38,454 nucleotides of DNA from Eubacteriales bacterium (lineage in GTDB: Bacteria > Bacillota > Clostridia > Peptostreptococcales > Anaerovoracaceae): contig JAQXNW010000165.1 in assembly GCA_029098205.1 (NCBI GenBank), forward strand, positions 1 through 38,454. The letters are read 5' to 3'. A program made the translations under genes and the position numbers. Position 1 is the stretch's first letter. Each line of letters opens with the position of its first letter. Shown here one piece after another: positions 8,615 to 16,971 of this stretch. A model generated the notes under the pieces. The model searched no databases. It saw only the letters and a list, made by a program, of their open reading frames with translations, and was not told where the DNA came from.

Positions 8615-9535
8615 TTATTTAACGCGTTCTCCATAAAAGGCCCGGATACAGTTCGCATGCTCATCGAAATCCTTCGTTCCGACGCCGTATCCGATTTTCT
8701 CCACGTTCATGACCGGACGGTTTCCGAAAGCTTCCGAGTAATACTTAAGAAGCGCAGCACCCGTCGGCGTGCAGAGCTCCGTATCCTCCGAATCACCGTA
8801 TGTCGGCACCCCGAGAAGAAGCGCCGCTGTCGCCGGAGCCGGCACCGGCATAATGCCATGCGCGCAGCGAATCATTCCCGTCCCCGTGTTAATCGGCGAG
8901 CAGAGAATCTGATCCGGGTTCAGAATGGACAAAGCCAATGAAACACCCACTACATCCGCAACCGCATCCATTGCGCCGACTTCATGGTAATGAACAAGTC
9001 CGATGTCCGTCCCATGCGCGGATGCTTCCGCTTCCGCGATCAGCTGATAGACATCCTTCGCTTTTTCTTTCACTTCATCCGAAACGGTAAGCCCATCAAT
9101 CGCAGCGGCCACCGATTCCGGAGTCGCATGATGATGGTGATGCGCATCGTGCGTATGGCTGTGATCATGATCGTGATCGTGGCAGTGTTCATGGTCATGC
9201 TCATGATCGTGGTCATGCTCATGATTGTGGTCATGCTCATGGCAGTACTCGTGATCGTGGTCATGTTCGTGTTCATGGCAGTGTTCATGATCGTGAGAAT
9301 GCTCATGCGGCTCGCCCGCATGCTCTTCCTCGCCGTTCACCAGAATCGTAAGATGTTCCCCGGAAATTCCGCACGTTGTCTTCCGGCCCGGTTTTACCGT
9401 AATTCCCGCCGCGGAAAGTCCGTTCATCTGATTCAGGAACTGCTCTTTCTGCGCCTCATCCATCAAATCATACAAAGCGGACATCAGCATATCTCCCGCT
9501 GCGCCCATCCTGCATTCCAGATACAAAGTCTTCAT
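8615..9535 (-). CDS. larC: Nickel insertion protein LarC (N-terminal LarC1-like part only), with His-rich insert
   Basis: GAAGDML, long His tract, HYHEVGAMDAVADV, CAHGIMPVPAPAT and ELCTPTGAA. Only 306 aa. Confidence 0.88.
   Translation of the reverse strand: MKTLYLECRMGAAGDMLMSALYDLMDEAQKEQFLNQMNGLSAAGITVKPGRKTTCGISGEHLTILVNGEEEHAGEPHEHSHDHEHCHEHEHDHDHEYCHEHDHNHEHDHDHEHDHEHCHDHDHDHSHTHDAHHHHHATPESVAAAIDGLTVSDEVKEKAKDVYQLIAEAEASAHGTDIGLVHYHEVGAMDAVADVVGVSLALSILNPDQILCSPINTGTGMIRCAHGIMPVPAPATAALLLGVPTYGDSEDTELCTPTGAALLKYYSEAFGNRPVMNVEKIGYGVGTKDFDEHANCIRAFYGERVK
9128..9322 (-). repeat. His-Asp/His-Glu coding repeat within larC
   Basis: Repeated CATGAGCATGACCACGAT-like units encoding HEHDHD..., with three H-E-x-C-H units. 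Confidence 0.85.
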
Positions 9536-10299
9536 TATTCTTTTATTCCTTCCATTTGGTTAATCATATTCGCAAGATACCCTGCACCGAAGCCATTGTC
9601 AATATTCACGACGCTCGCGCCGGACGCGCAGGAATTCAGCATACTTAAAAGCGCGGAAAGGCCTCCGAAGTTCGCTCCATATCCAACGCTGGTCGGAACA
9701 GCGACAACCGGGCAGTCCACAAGACCGCCGACTACGGACGCAAGCGCGCCTTCCATGCCCGCGCAGACAACAACCGCACGCGCACCCATCAGGACATCCA
9801 TCTTAGATAAAAGACGGTGAATTCCAGATACACCGACGTCATAAAGTCTTGTCACATGGCTCCCGAGCGTCTCCGCGGTGAGCGCCGCCTCTTCCGAAAC
9901 AGGCATATCGCTCGTCCCTCCGGACGCGACAACCACATTCCCGACGCCGGCAATCGGCTCCGGATTGGCAACGCCGAGCTTAGCGATTTCATGATACTCC
10001 ATTTCGATTCCCGCATCCATGACCCGCTTCGCCTTCTCGGGATCAATTCTGGTCACCAGGATATTCCGGCAGGCATGCTCCTCCATCGTCCGGAGGATTC
10101 CGATGATCTGTTCGGACGTCTTCCCCGCTCCGTAAATCACCTCGTTCGCGCCCTGCCGGATTCCGCGGTGAAGATCAACTTTCGCATAATCAATGTCCTC
10201 AAACGGAGCCTCTTTCAGCTCAAGAAGCGCGTCCTCCGGACTCCTGCGGCCATCTGCGACCGCACGCAGAAGATCCAATGTTTCCTGCCTGCTGTTCAT
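9535..10299 (-). CDS. larB: NPN biosynthesis carboxylase/hydrolase (PurE-like)
   Basis: AKVDLHR..RQG..EVIYGAGKT, GTSDMPV.EEA, DVGVSGIHRL, AGMEGAL, PTSVGYG and VVNIDNGFGAG. Start ATG 10299 with GGAAGGA RBS. Stop overlaps the larC start. Confidence 0.93.
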   Translation of the reverse strand: MNSRQETLDLLRAVADGRRSPEDALLELKEAPFEDIDYAKVDLHRGIRQGANEVIYGAGKTSEQIIGILRTMEEHACRNILVTRIDPEKAKRVMDAGIEMEYHEIAKLGVANPEPIAGVGNVVVASGGTSDMPVSEEAALTAETLGSHVTRLYDVGVSGIHRLLSKMDVLMGARAVVVCAGMEGALASVVGGLVDCPVVAVPTSVGYGANFGGLSALLSMLNSCASGASVVNIDNGFGAGYLANMINQMEGIKE

Positions 10300-10333
10300 A
10301 GACAACTTCCTTCCCTCTGCAGATCTTTCTTCT

Positions 10334-10362
10334 ACTATATAACGTGTCCGGACGGAAAGCAA
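10334..10362 (-). promoter_or_regulatory. Putative sigma-A promoter of larB-larC-DUF1847-larE
   Basis: TTGCTT-17 nt-TATAGT on the minus strand. Confidence 0.55.
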
Positions 10363-10495
10363 CAAATTTCCGATAAATGCAGTATGAAATAGTGTAATTC
10401 ACGCTCGCTGCATGCTTCAACGTTCACGATCCGCTTCAATGCCCACGGTCCGCTTCAACATTCTCTTCCCGTTTCACTTCGCACTGCCTTTTTCG

Positions 10496-10528
10496 AAAAA
10501 AGGCGCCGGAGATCAAGTTCCCGGCGCC
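10496..10528 (-). terminator. Terminator after the dehydrogenase gene
   Basis: GGCGCCGG stem with a T6 tail on the minus strand. Confidence 0.65.
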
Positions 10529-10560
10529 GTCAGAATTCTTGCCGCCCGCGGCTTTTTCCG

Positions 10561-11487
10561 CTATTTCGCGGATTCAAGCCATTCTTTCGTATCGTTGTAG
10601 ATAATATTGAACACGCGGTCGTTGTTGCCTTCGCCGGCAAAACTGTTATGCGGCGTAATGTACAGACGTTCGATATCCCAGAGCGGGCTGTCCGCCGGAA
10701 GCGGCTCCTGCTCAAGTACATCAACCAGAGCGCCCATGAGTTTTCCATCTTCCAAGGTCTTCTGCAGCGCGTCGATATCTACGACGCCGCCTCTTGTGAT
10801 GTTGATGAAGATCGCGTCGTCCTTCATTAAATCGAAGCAGTGCTGGTTGAACAGATGATACGTGTTCGGGAACAAAGGCACCGCGTTGATGACGATGTCC
10901 GCCTTCGGAAGTTCCTCATCCATATGATCGAGCGTAAGAACCTCGTCATAATATCCCTGGTCATTCCGCGGCGCGACATCGAGTCCGACGATGTACGCAT
11001 CAAACGCGTGAAGACGCTTCGCAATATGGCTCGCGATCGATCCGGTGCTGATGATGCAGACTCTCTTTCCCTCCAGTTCCATAAGATCCCAGTCTGCCTG
11101 CCAGATGTGCTGCTCCTGCTGCTTCTTCAGCTTGAAGAACTTCTTGTACATCTGAAGGATTTCACCGACTACGAACTCCGCGATCGGTGTGCTGTGAACG
11201 CCCGGGCAGTTCTTCAGGATGATTCCCTTTTCTTTCAGATAATCCACCGGCATCTGATCGATTCCCGTCGATGTCGTATGAATATATTCCAGAGACTTCC
11301 ACTCCTTAATATCGTTATGGTTGAAAAATCCGAAAGTGATGATTCCGTTTACGTCCGAGAAATCCTGATCGTAATGCTGCGCGTCCGGCCCGTCCAGATA
11401 CAAGGTTTCCAGTCCATCCAGCGCCTCAAACTTCTCAAATTGATCCGGTCGAAAACTGTATTTATTCGCAAAAAGAATTTTTTTCAC
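10561..11487 (-). CDS. D-isomer-specific 2-hydroxyacid dehydrogenase family protein
   Basis: STGID, NCPGVHSTPIAEF, INITRGGVVD, DVLEQEPL and ITPHNS. GTG start with AAGGAG RBS. Confidence 0.88.
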   Translation of the reverse strand: MKKILFANKYSFRPDQFEKFEALDGLETLYLDGPDAQHYDQDFSDVNGIITFGFFNHNDIKEWKSLEYIHTTSTGIDQMPVDYLKEKGIILKNCPGVHSTPIAEFVVGEILQMYKKFFKLKKQQEQHIWQADWDLMELEGKRVCIISTGSIASHIAKRLHAFDAYIVGLDVAPRNDQGYYDEVLTLDHMDEELPKADIVINAVPLFPNTYHLFNQHCFDLMKDDAIFINITRGGVVDIDALQKTLEDGKLMGALVDVLEQEPLPADSPLWDIERLYITPHNSFAGEGNNDRVFNIIYNDTKEWLESAK

Positions 11488-11568
11488 GATCCGTTACTCC
11501 TTACCAGTCATAAAATACGAACCGGCTCTGTCCGACAAAGCCGGTTCGCTGTTTTTTCTAAGAACTCT

Positions 11569-12771
11569 TTACGCGCGTCCTTCGATCATATCGCAGGTCA
11601 GTTTGCCGAGGATCTCCGCACCCTTCACGATATTCTCGTCGGTCTCCGTCGAATAGCAGAGACGGACGGAATGCGTCGGCTTATGACCGTCCAGCGCGAA
11701 TCCGGAACCCGGTACGCATACAACGCCGCGGTCAATTCCCTTCCATACGAAATCAACTGCATCGATGCTTTCCGGAAGGAACATCATGATGAACATTCCA
11801 CCGGTCGGCGTGCTGAGCTTAACGCTTGGATGGATCGTCCGCTTAAGGGCATCAATAACCAGCGAGGACTTTCTGCGGTACTCCTCCTGCGCGAGGCGGA
11901 TGTGCTTCTCATAGTCCGTCTTCTCCATAACGCCCCAGGAAACATACTGGCCCAGCGTATTCGAATGAACGTCGGTGCACTGCTTGCAGACGTTTACGTA
12001 CTGTCCAAAGCGCTTATCCACTACAAGATATCCGAGACGGAAAGACGGCGCAATTACCTTCGAGAGAGAGCTCGTATAGAATACACGGCCTTCCGTATCG
12101 TAAGACTTGATCGGATTCTGCGGCTCTCCGGCAAAACGGAGCTCTGCATATGGATCGTCCTCAAGAATGATTACATCATACTTGCAGGCGAGTTCATAAA
12201 GCTGCTTCCGCTTGTCATCGATCGCGGAGAATCCGGTCGGATTCTGGAACGAAGGAATGGTATAAATCAGCTTGCAGTTCGGATTCGCCTTCAGAGCCTC
12301 TTCCGTCGCCTCAATGTCGATACCGGTCTCATTAATCGGAACACCGACCAGTTTCGCTTCATAAGCACGGAAAATGTTATAGCAGCTCGCGTAGGACGGC
12401 TCTTCCGTAATAACAACGTCGCCCTTCTCCAGCCAGATCTTGGAGGTTACATCGACAGCCTGTGTGCCGCCGCTTACCATATAAAGATCGTTCTTTTCGA
12501 AATCAAAGCCGAATTTCTTAGTCAGACGCTTCTTCAGGAATTCAACCAGCGGTGGATAACCCTGAACAGATCCGTACATCAGAAGAGAATTCACTTCATC
12601 GCTGTTCAGCGCTTCCACGAAAAACTTCTTCATTTCTTCTACCGGATATGTCGCCGGCGACGGGTTTCCGTTCGCGAAGGAAATAAGACCCGGCTTCAAA
12701 GCCGCTTCCGCGAACTGACGGATCACAGAACCCTCGATGTGGTTCATACGATCAGCTACTTGAATATTCAT
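11569..12771 (-). CDS. PLP-dependent aminotransferase class I/II (LysN/2-aminoadipate transaminase-like)
   Basis: ISFANGNPS, YTIPSFQNPTG, ILEDDPY, SSLSKVIAPSFRLG (PLP Lys) and VRLCYS. GGAGG RBS. Confidence 0.9.
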   Translation of the reverse strand: MNIQVADRMNHIEGSVIRQFAEAALKPGLISFANGNPSPATYPVEEMKKFFVEALNSDEVNSLLMYGSVQGYPPLVEFLKKRLTKKFGFDFEKNDLYMVSGGTQAVDVTSKIWLEKGDVVITEEPSYASCYNIFRAYEAKLVGVPINETGIDIEATEEALKANPNCKLIYTIPSFQNPTGFSAIDDKRKQLYELACKYDVIILEDDPYAELRFAGEPQNPIKSYDTEGRVFYTSSLSKVIAPSFRLGYLVVDKRFGQYVNVCKQCTDVHSNTLGQYVSWGVMEKTDYEKHIRLAQEEYRRKSSLVIDALKRTIHPSVKLSTPTGGMFIMMFLPESIDAVDFVWKGIDRGVVCVPGSGFALDGHKPTHSVRLCYSTETDENIVKGAEILGKLTCDMIEGRA

Positions 12772-13004
12772 TCGTCAGATCCTCCTGTTGTCTCGCGCCG
12801 CTGCTTCCTGTCTCGAATTCGGATCTTTACGAAGCCGGCGTGACAAAGTATCAATAAAATTTCGTCCTGTATAAACATCAGAACAAATTGTATGAATATA
12901 TTTTACTATTTTTCCCATTCCTTTTCTATATATTGCACTAAATATTTTCTAATATAATTATATAATTTAACAAAGTATACGAAATCGCTTTTAAAATCGA
13001 AACA

Positions 13005-13081
13005 GGGGACGGCTGTTTAACGGCCGTCCCCGTAAATAATCAAGCGCGGACTCATTCCTGATAAAGAAGAGTCCGCGCTTG
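13005..13081. terminator. Two tandem GC-rich hairpins (13005-13031 and 13041-13081)
   Basis: GGGGACGGC...GCCGTCCCC and CAAGCGCGGACTC...GAGTCCGCGCTTG. They lie immediately beyond the degenerate tmRNA-end copy. Confidence 0.6.
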
Positions 13082-13213
13082 CACGTCTGGTGGAAACATA
13101 ATTTCTCGAACATAGATTAGGCTTGAAATTTCAAGGTTTATTCTTTTTTTGTTTCAACATAATATACTCTTATTTTAAGAGCACTTTCTATACTCCTCAT
13201 AGCAGTATACCAA

Positions 13214-13852
13214 TCATAGCGGATTAAGTTTTCTCTGGTCTTTAATAATCCTTGTTACAAGTTTATCGACATCTGTTGATGGGTTACATCTTTCAACCAG
13301 CTTAGTGCCTTTGGTCTCATTATGGAATCGTTTCAATCTCCCGGCGTTTTCTATCGCATCTTCACACCGATTCCGTAACTGTTGAAACGAATCAATATTC
13401 TTACGATATTCTGGCCATACATAAGTTAATTCTTTTATTACCTCATTGTTGCTTTGATATCCATGAGTGCTATATCGAAAATGGAGCAATAACCAGACTT
13501 CGAAGCATGGATTTGACAGGATTATTTCAACACCGTTCCTTTCCGCCAATTTACGAGCCTCTAAGATTTGTGATTCCTTTTTGAAATCTGTATCGAACAC
13601 TGCAAATATCGAATCACCATTCTGAGATTCGAGACCTTTTTTGTCAGCAGAATTCAGAGCGTCATGCACAATATTGACCGGATCCGTATTATTACCCTCT
13701 GAGAATATGATAGAGCAATCCTTTATTGACTTGTTAAATTCTCGAAAATAGTTTTGTTCTGTTTTGTTTTTACCCTCTGTCGCAATCAAGATAATCTCTT
13801 TTCGCTTCCTAGTATATTTCTTCCTGTCTTTCTTCGTCGCTCGCCTTACCAT
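13214..13852 (-). CDS. RloB family protein (TOPRIM-like, AbiLii-like)
   Basis: ILIATEGKNKTEQNYF, FAVFDTD, SNPCFEVWLLLHF and NPSTDV. Overlaps the ATPase stop. Confidence 0.88.
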   Translation of the reverse strand: MVRRATKKDRKKYTRKRKEIILIATEGKNKTEQNYFREFNKSIKDCSIIFSEGNNTDPVNIVHDALNSADKKGLESQNGDSIFAVFDTDFKKESQILEARKLAERNGVEIILSNPCFEVWLLLHFRYSTHGYQSNNEVIKELTYVWPEYRKNIDSFQQLRNRCEDAIENAGRLKRFHNETKGTKLVERCNPSTDVDKLVTRIIKDQRKLNPL

Positions 13853-15090
13853 TCAACGCCTCCAATATTGGGAATTGCGCCATAACGTCCAACCATGTAT
13901 CCCTTTTGAACTTTTTCTGACTTCCTAGGGGAAAAATCAGAAAGTGCATAAAGATCAGATATCCCTGTGCGATTATCTTTTTCCACAAAATATATCTGAT
14001 CTCTGCGAAGGAAATCGAGATCCAGCAGATCGATATCATGGGTGTTGAATATCAGTTGCGCTCCATTCGGATTACTTTCTCTGCTGTTAAAAATTCCAAC
14101 CAGATGTTTTACAAGCATCGGGTGCAGACCATTATCAATTTCATCAACAACAATAGTTTTTCCTGTTTTAAGAGCCATTATTATTGCTGGGCAATACGCA
14201 AAGTAGAGCTGTGTGCCGTTGGATTCCATCTGGAACGGAAGCTCAACCCTCGTTACACCATCTTTTGTTTCTATATCGTGACAAACTTTCAACTCGAAGG
14301 ATCTGATTTTTTCAAGTACCTCCTGGTCAATAGAAAGGCCCGGTGGTAATTGAAAATCAGAAATTTCCTCGTGCTTTACAGTGAATTTGTAATCTGAGAT
14401 ATTAAAATCTGCGGCCTGCAACAATTTTAATGCAGTACCTTTCAGTTCACCTTTTTTGTCAGACTCTAATGCATCTGTCATAGCGTTCCTTAACGACTCT
14501 GCATTATAAGTGTCAATCATCTCTGCGAACCATCGAAAAGCACTCTCTGTCTCCTTGCAGTTCCAGGCTGTCGCTGTAGCTAAAAAAAGCTTGTTATCTG
14601 TATTTTTTGATTCATACTGCCTTAGTGAGTTGCGTAGCACAGAAGTATATCTGTACTTATTTACGTTAGTTCTTTCAAAAATCAAAGACGGACGAGAAGA
14701 TTTATATGCGTACAAATACTCTTCATACACCCTGTCAACATCCGCTACAAATCCATATTCATATTTCACTTCATCATACACATAAACGAAGTCAAATCTT
14801 GTTTTCGATCGTTTGCTTTCTTCATCCATCAGGAACGGCGTAATCGCAATTTTTGATCCTACCTGCATAAGTGATGAATTTCTTACGAACAGGATTGCAG
14901 AGGTCAACGCTTTAAACAAATTGCTTTTGCCCGCAGCATTTGCACCATATATTGCTACTGTTGGCAATACTTCCGTCTTTCTATACTTAATAAGATTGTT
15001 TTTGTGCTCGGAATCATTATTAGCGACCAGATCCAGTATCGCTTCATTCTTGAACGATAGTGCATTTGTAACATTGAATTGTAAAAGCAT
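13846..15090 (-). CDS. AAA/ABC-type ATPase (AAA_21; RloA/AbiLi-like)
   Basis: Walker A IYGANAAGKSN, ESNGT signature, Walker B VVDEID..LHP, QLIFNTHD, RRDQIYFVEK and GRYGAIP. Start ATG 15090 after AAGGAG. Confidence 0.9.
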   Translation of the reverse strand: MLLQFNVTNALSFKNEAILDLVANNDSEHKNNLIKYRKTEVLPTVAIYGANAAGKSNLFKALTSAILFVRNSSLMQVGSKIAITPFLMDEESKRSKTRFDFVYVYDEVKYEYGFVADVDRVYEEYLYAYKSSRPSLIFERTNVNKYRYTSVLRNSLRQYESKNTDNKLFLATATAWNCKETESAFRWFAEMIDTYNAESLRNAMTDALESDKKGELKGTALKLLQAADFNISDYKFTVKHEEISDFQLPPGLSIDQEVLEKIRSFELKVCHDIETKDGVTRVELPFQMESNGTQLYFAYCPAIIMALKTGKTIVVDEIDNGLHPMLVKHLVGIFNSRESNPNGAQLIFNTHDIDLLDLDFLRRDQIYFVEKDNRTGISDLYALSDFSPRKSEKVQKGYMVGRYGAIPNIGGVEW

Positions 15091-15354
15091 AATACTATTC
15101 TCCTTTCCGGCAACAACATAATACTTTTTTCGCATTGCAATCGTCAAGTTTAAATGTATAATTTGAAAAAAACGTGCATTTTTTGTCTTTAGATATGCAA
15201 TTTAAGTAAATTTACGCAACACGCTCAGTTGACTTGTTTCTTATATGCAACTATGCAACATTTTATACAGACACACTTGAACTGTGGCACTGTTGCACAA
15301 AAAGTGGCATTTTTTCGCCCCTAAATGGCTATAATTGTCATTGCTAAAAGCATT

Positions 15355-15400
15355 GAAAAAGCCACTGATTTCAACGCTTTCGTTGATTTCAGTGGCTTTC
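15355..15400 (-). terminator. Hairpin directly downstream of tmRNA (islet-side terminator)
   Basis: AAAGCCACTGA...TCAGTGGCTTT long imperfect stem. Confidence 0.6.
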
Positions 15401-15411
15401 ACAATTTCTTA

Positions 15412-15775
15412 TGGTGGAGATGAGGAGAGTCGAACTCCTGTCCGAAAACATTTCCACTGCACTTTCTTCGAGCGGAGCTGGTGTTTTAGGATTCGCCCGG
15501 CGGCACGTCCAACAGCAGACTTGCCGTTTCGCTATTCCGTAGTTCCTCCGACGGCCCGGAACATCCGCCGGAGTTTTCCCACATTGTCGATGCCAGATCC
15601 CAGAGCCTGTGGGTGAGCCCGGGCTGACAGGCGTTCAAGCTGCTAAGTTAAGCAGCGAGTGCCAGATTATTATTTTCTTTAGCGTTTATATTTAAACGGC
15701 CCCTTAGTACGCAGACTGGGCGGCTGCGGCTCGCTTATGCGGCTTCTATACCTCCGTCGAAACCTTTACATCCCC
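15412..15775 (-). ncRNA. ssrA: tmRNA; tag peptide (A)AKENNNLALAA at 15648-15683
   Basis: 5' end GGGGATGTAAAGGTTTCGAC; 3' end GTTCGACTCTCCTCATCTCCACCA; tag ORF ending LALAA-TAA; directly downstream of smpB. Confidence 0.95.
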
Positions 15776-15826
15776 ATATAATAGATGAGGTTCTCCGGGA
15801 AATCCGAAGAATCCCGATGTTCAAGT

Positions 15827-15855
15827 ATTGTATACACTATTTTCGGCTTTGTCAA
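15827..15855 (-). promoter_or_regulatory. sigma-A promoter of ssrA
   Basis: TTGACA-17 nt-TACAAT. Confidence 0.75.
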
Positions 15856-15892
15856 ACATTCTCAATCATCCCAAGGAAAGAAAAAGAACGCG

Positions 15893-16360
15893 TCAGCCGC
15901 GGTTCTTCATCGAACGCTCAATCCGCCGGTCCGCGTCGCGCCGGGCGATGTCGTCCCGCTTATCGTAATTCTTCTTTCCACGGGCCACCGCCAAATCCAT
16001 CTTCGCAAGACCTTTATCATTGATATAGACCTTAAGCGGAATCAGCGTTAGTCCCTCCCGGGAGGTATATCCGATCAGTTTCCGGATTTCCCGTTTATGA
16101 AGGAGAAGTTTTCTGGGGCGCATCGGGTCCTGGTTGAAACGGTTTCCCTGCTCATAAGGGCTGATGTTCATGCTGTAAACGATGACTTCCCCGTTTTCAA
16201 CCCGGGCGTACGCTTCTGTAATGCTGACTTTTCCTGCCCGGACCGATTTGATCTCCGTTCCTGTCAGCACTATGCCCGTCTGATATACCTCGTCGATGAA
16301 ATAATCATGCCGCGCCCGTTTATTATTCGCGCATACTTTTCCTGCCGGTTTCGTTCTCAT
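15893..16360 (-). CDS. smpB: SsrA-binding protein
   Basis: [33 protein letters not shown] and GKKNYDKR. Confidence 0.97.
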   Translation of the reverse strand: MRTKPAGKVCANNKRARHDYFIDEVYQTGIVLTGTEIKSVRAGKVSITEAYARVENGEVIVYSMNISPYEQGNRFNQDPMRPRKLLLHKREIRKLIGYTSREGLTLIPLKVYINDKGLAKMDLAVARGKKNYDKRDDIARRDADRRIERSMKNRG

Positions 16361-16374
16361 AAAATTTCCGCCCC

Positions 16375-16911
16375 CTATTTCGCCTTCATAGCGTCGCCGA
16401 TCGAGGAGACACGACCAAAGGATTCAAACGGGAGAAAACGGAAAACAACCTTCCCTTTAATTTTATCGATTTTCACAAATCCGACCGATTCAAAACGGCT
16501 GTCCACGCTGTCCGCCCGGTTATCCCCCATGCAGAATACGCAGCCGTCCGGAACCGTAACATCGATTTCACCCGTCGTCATTCCATCCTTCGTAAAGCTT
16601 TCGTCCTGCTCTTGATCATTAATATACACTTTCCCGCCGGTGATCTTCACGTGATCGCCCGGAAGCGCGCATACCCGCTTGATCAAAAGCTCTTTTTTCC
16701 CATTGGAGCCGGTCAGTTTGGATTTAAAAACCACGACATCTCCGATTTCCGGATCATGCCTCTGATATGCTGTTTTATCCAGAAGGAGATAATCCTTCTC
16801 GTGAAAATTCGGCTCCATCGAGCTTCCGACGACCTCTGTCGTCTGAAAGAACTGCAGCGTAATCACTACGACGATCACCGCAATTCCGATATCTTTAATC
16901 AGTTCCTTCAT
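16375..16911 (-). CDS. lepB: Signal peptidase I
   Basis: N-terminal TM, GSSMEP (catalytic Ser), LIKRV (Lys) and [12 protein letters not shown]. Confidence 0.93.
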   Translation of the reverse strand: MKELIKDIGIAVIVVVITLQFFQTTEVVGSSMEPNFHEKDYLLLDKTAYQRHDPEIGDVVVFKSKLTGSNGKKELLIKRVCALPGDHVKITGGKVYINDQEQDESFTKDGMTTGEIDVTVPDGCVFCMGDNRADSVDSRFESVGFVKIDKIKGKVVFRFLPFESFGRVSSIGDAMKAK

Positions 16912-16971
16912 GTCTGTCTGATTTTCTCTCTTTCCGCTTGCACCTTACGCTGCGCAAGTCTTGTCCGCGGC

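Larger units (their letters stand above)
13088..15435. mobile_element. AT-rich genomic islet at the tmRNA 3' end (no integrase inside)
   Basis: Abrupt composition shift. Flanked by TGGTGGA-N11-TCGAAC at 13088-13111 and at 15412-15435 (the tmRNA end). Confidence 0.65.

Noticed and set aside
8584-8640. Programmed frameshift from larC into a larC2 domain
   Set aside because: The downstream sequence is the DUF1847-like gene; no LarC2 motifs follow.
9128-9322. CRISPR-like repetitive DNA
   Set aside because: In-frame His-rich coding repeat; no repeat-spacer structure and no cas genes.
10840-12843. 667-aa plus-strand ORF
   Set aside because: Antisense shadow of the aminotransferase and dehydrogenase.
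15335-15616. 93-aa ORF, and a possible tRNA at 15412
   Set aside because: The region is the tmRNA gene on the opposite strand; the tRNA-like end belongs to ssrA.
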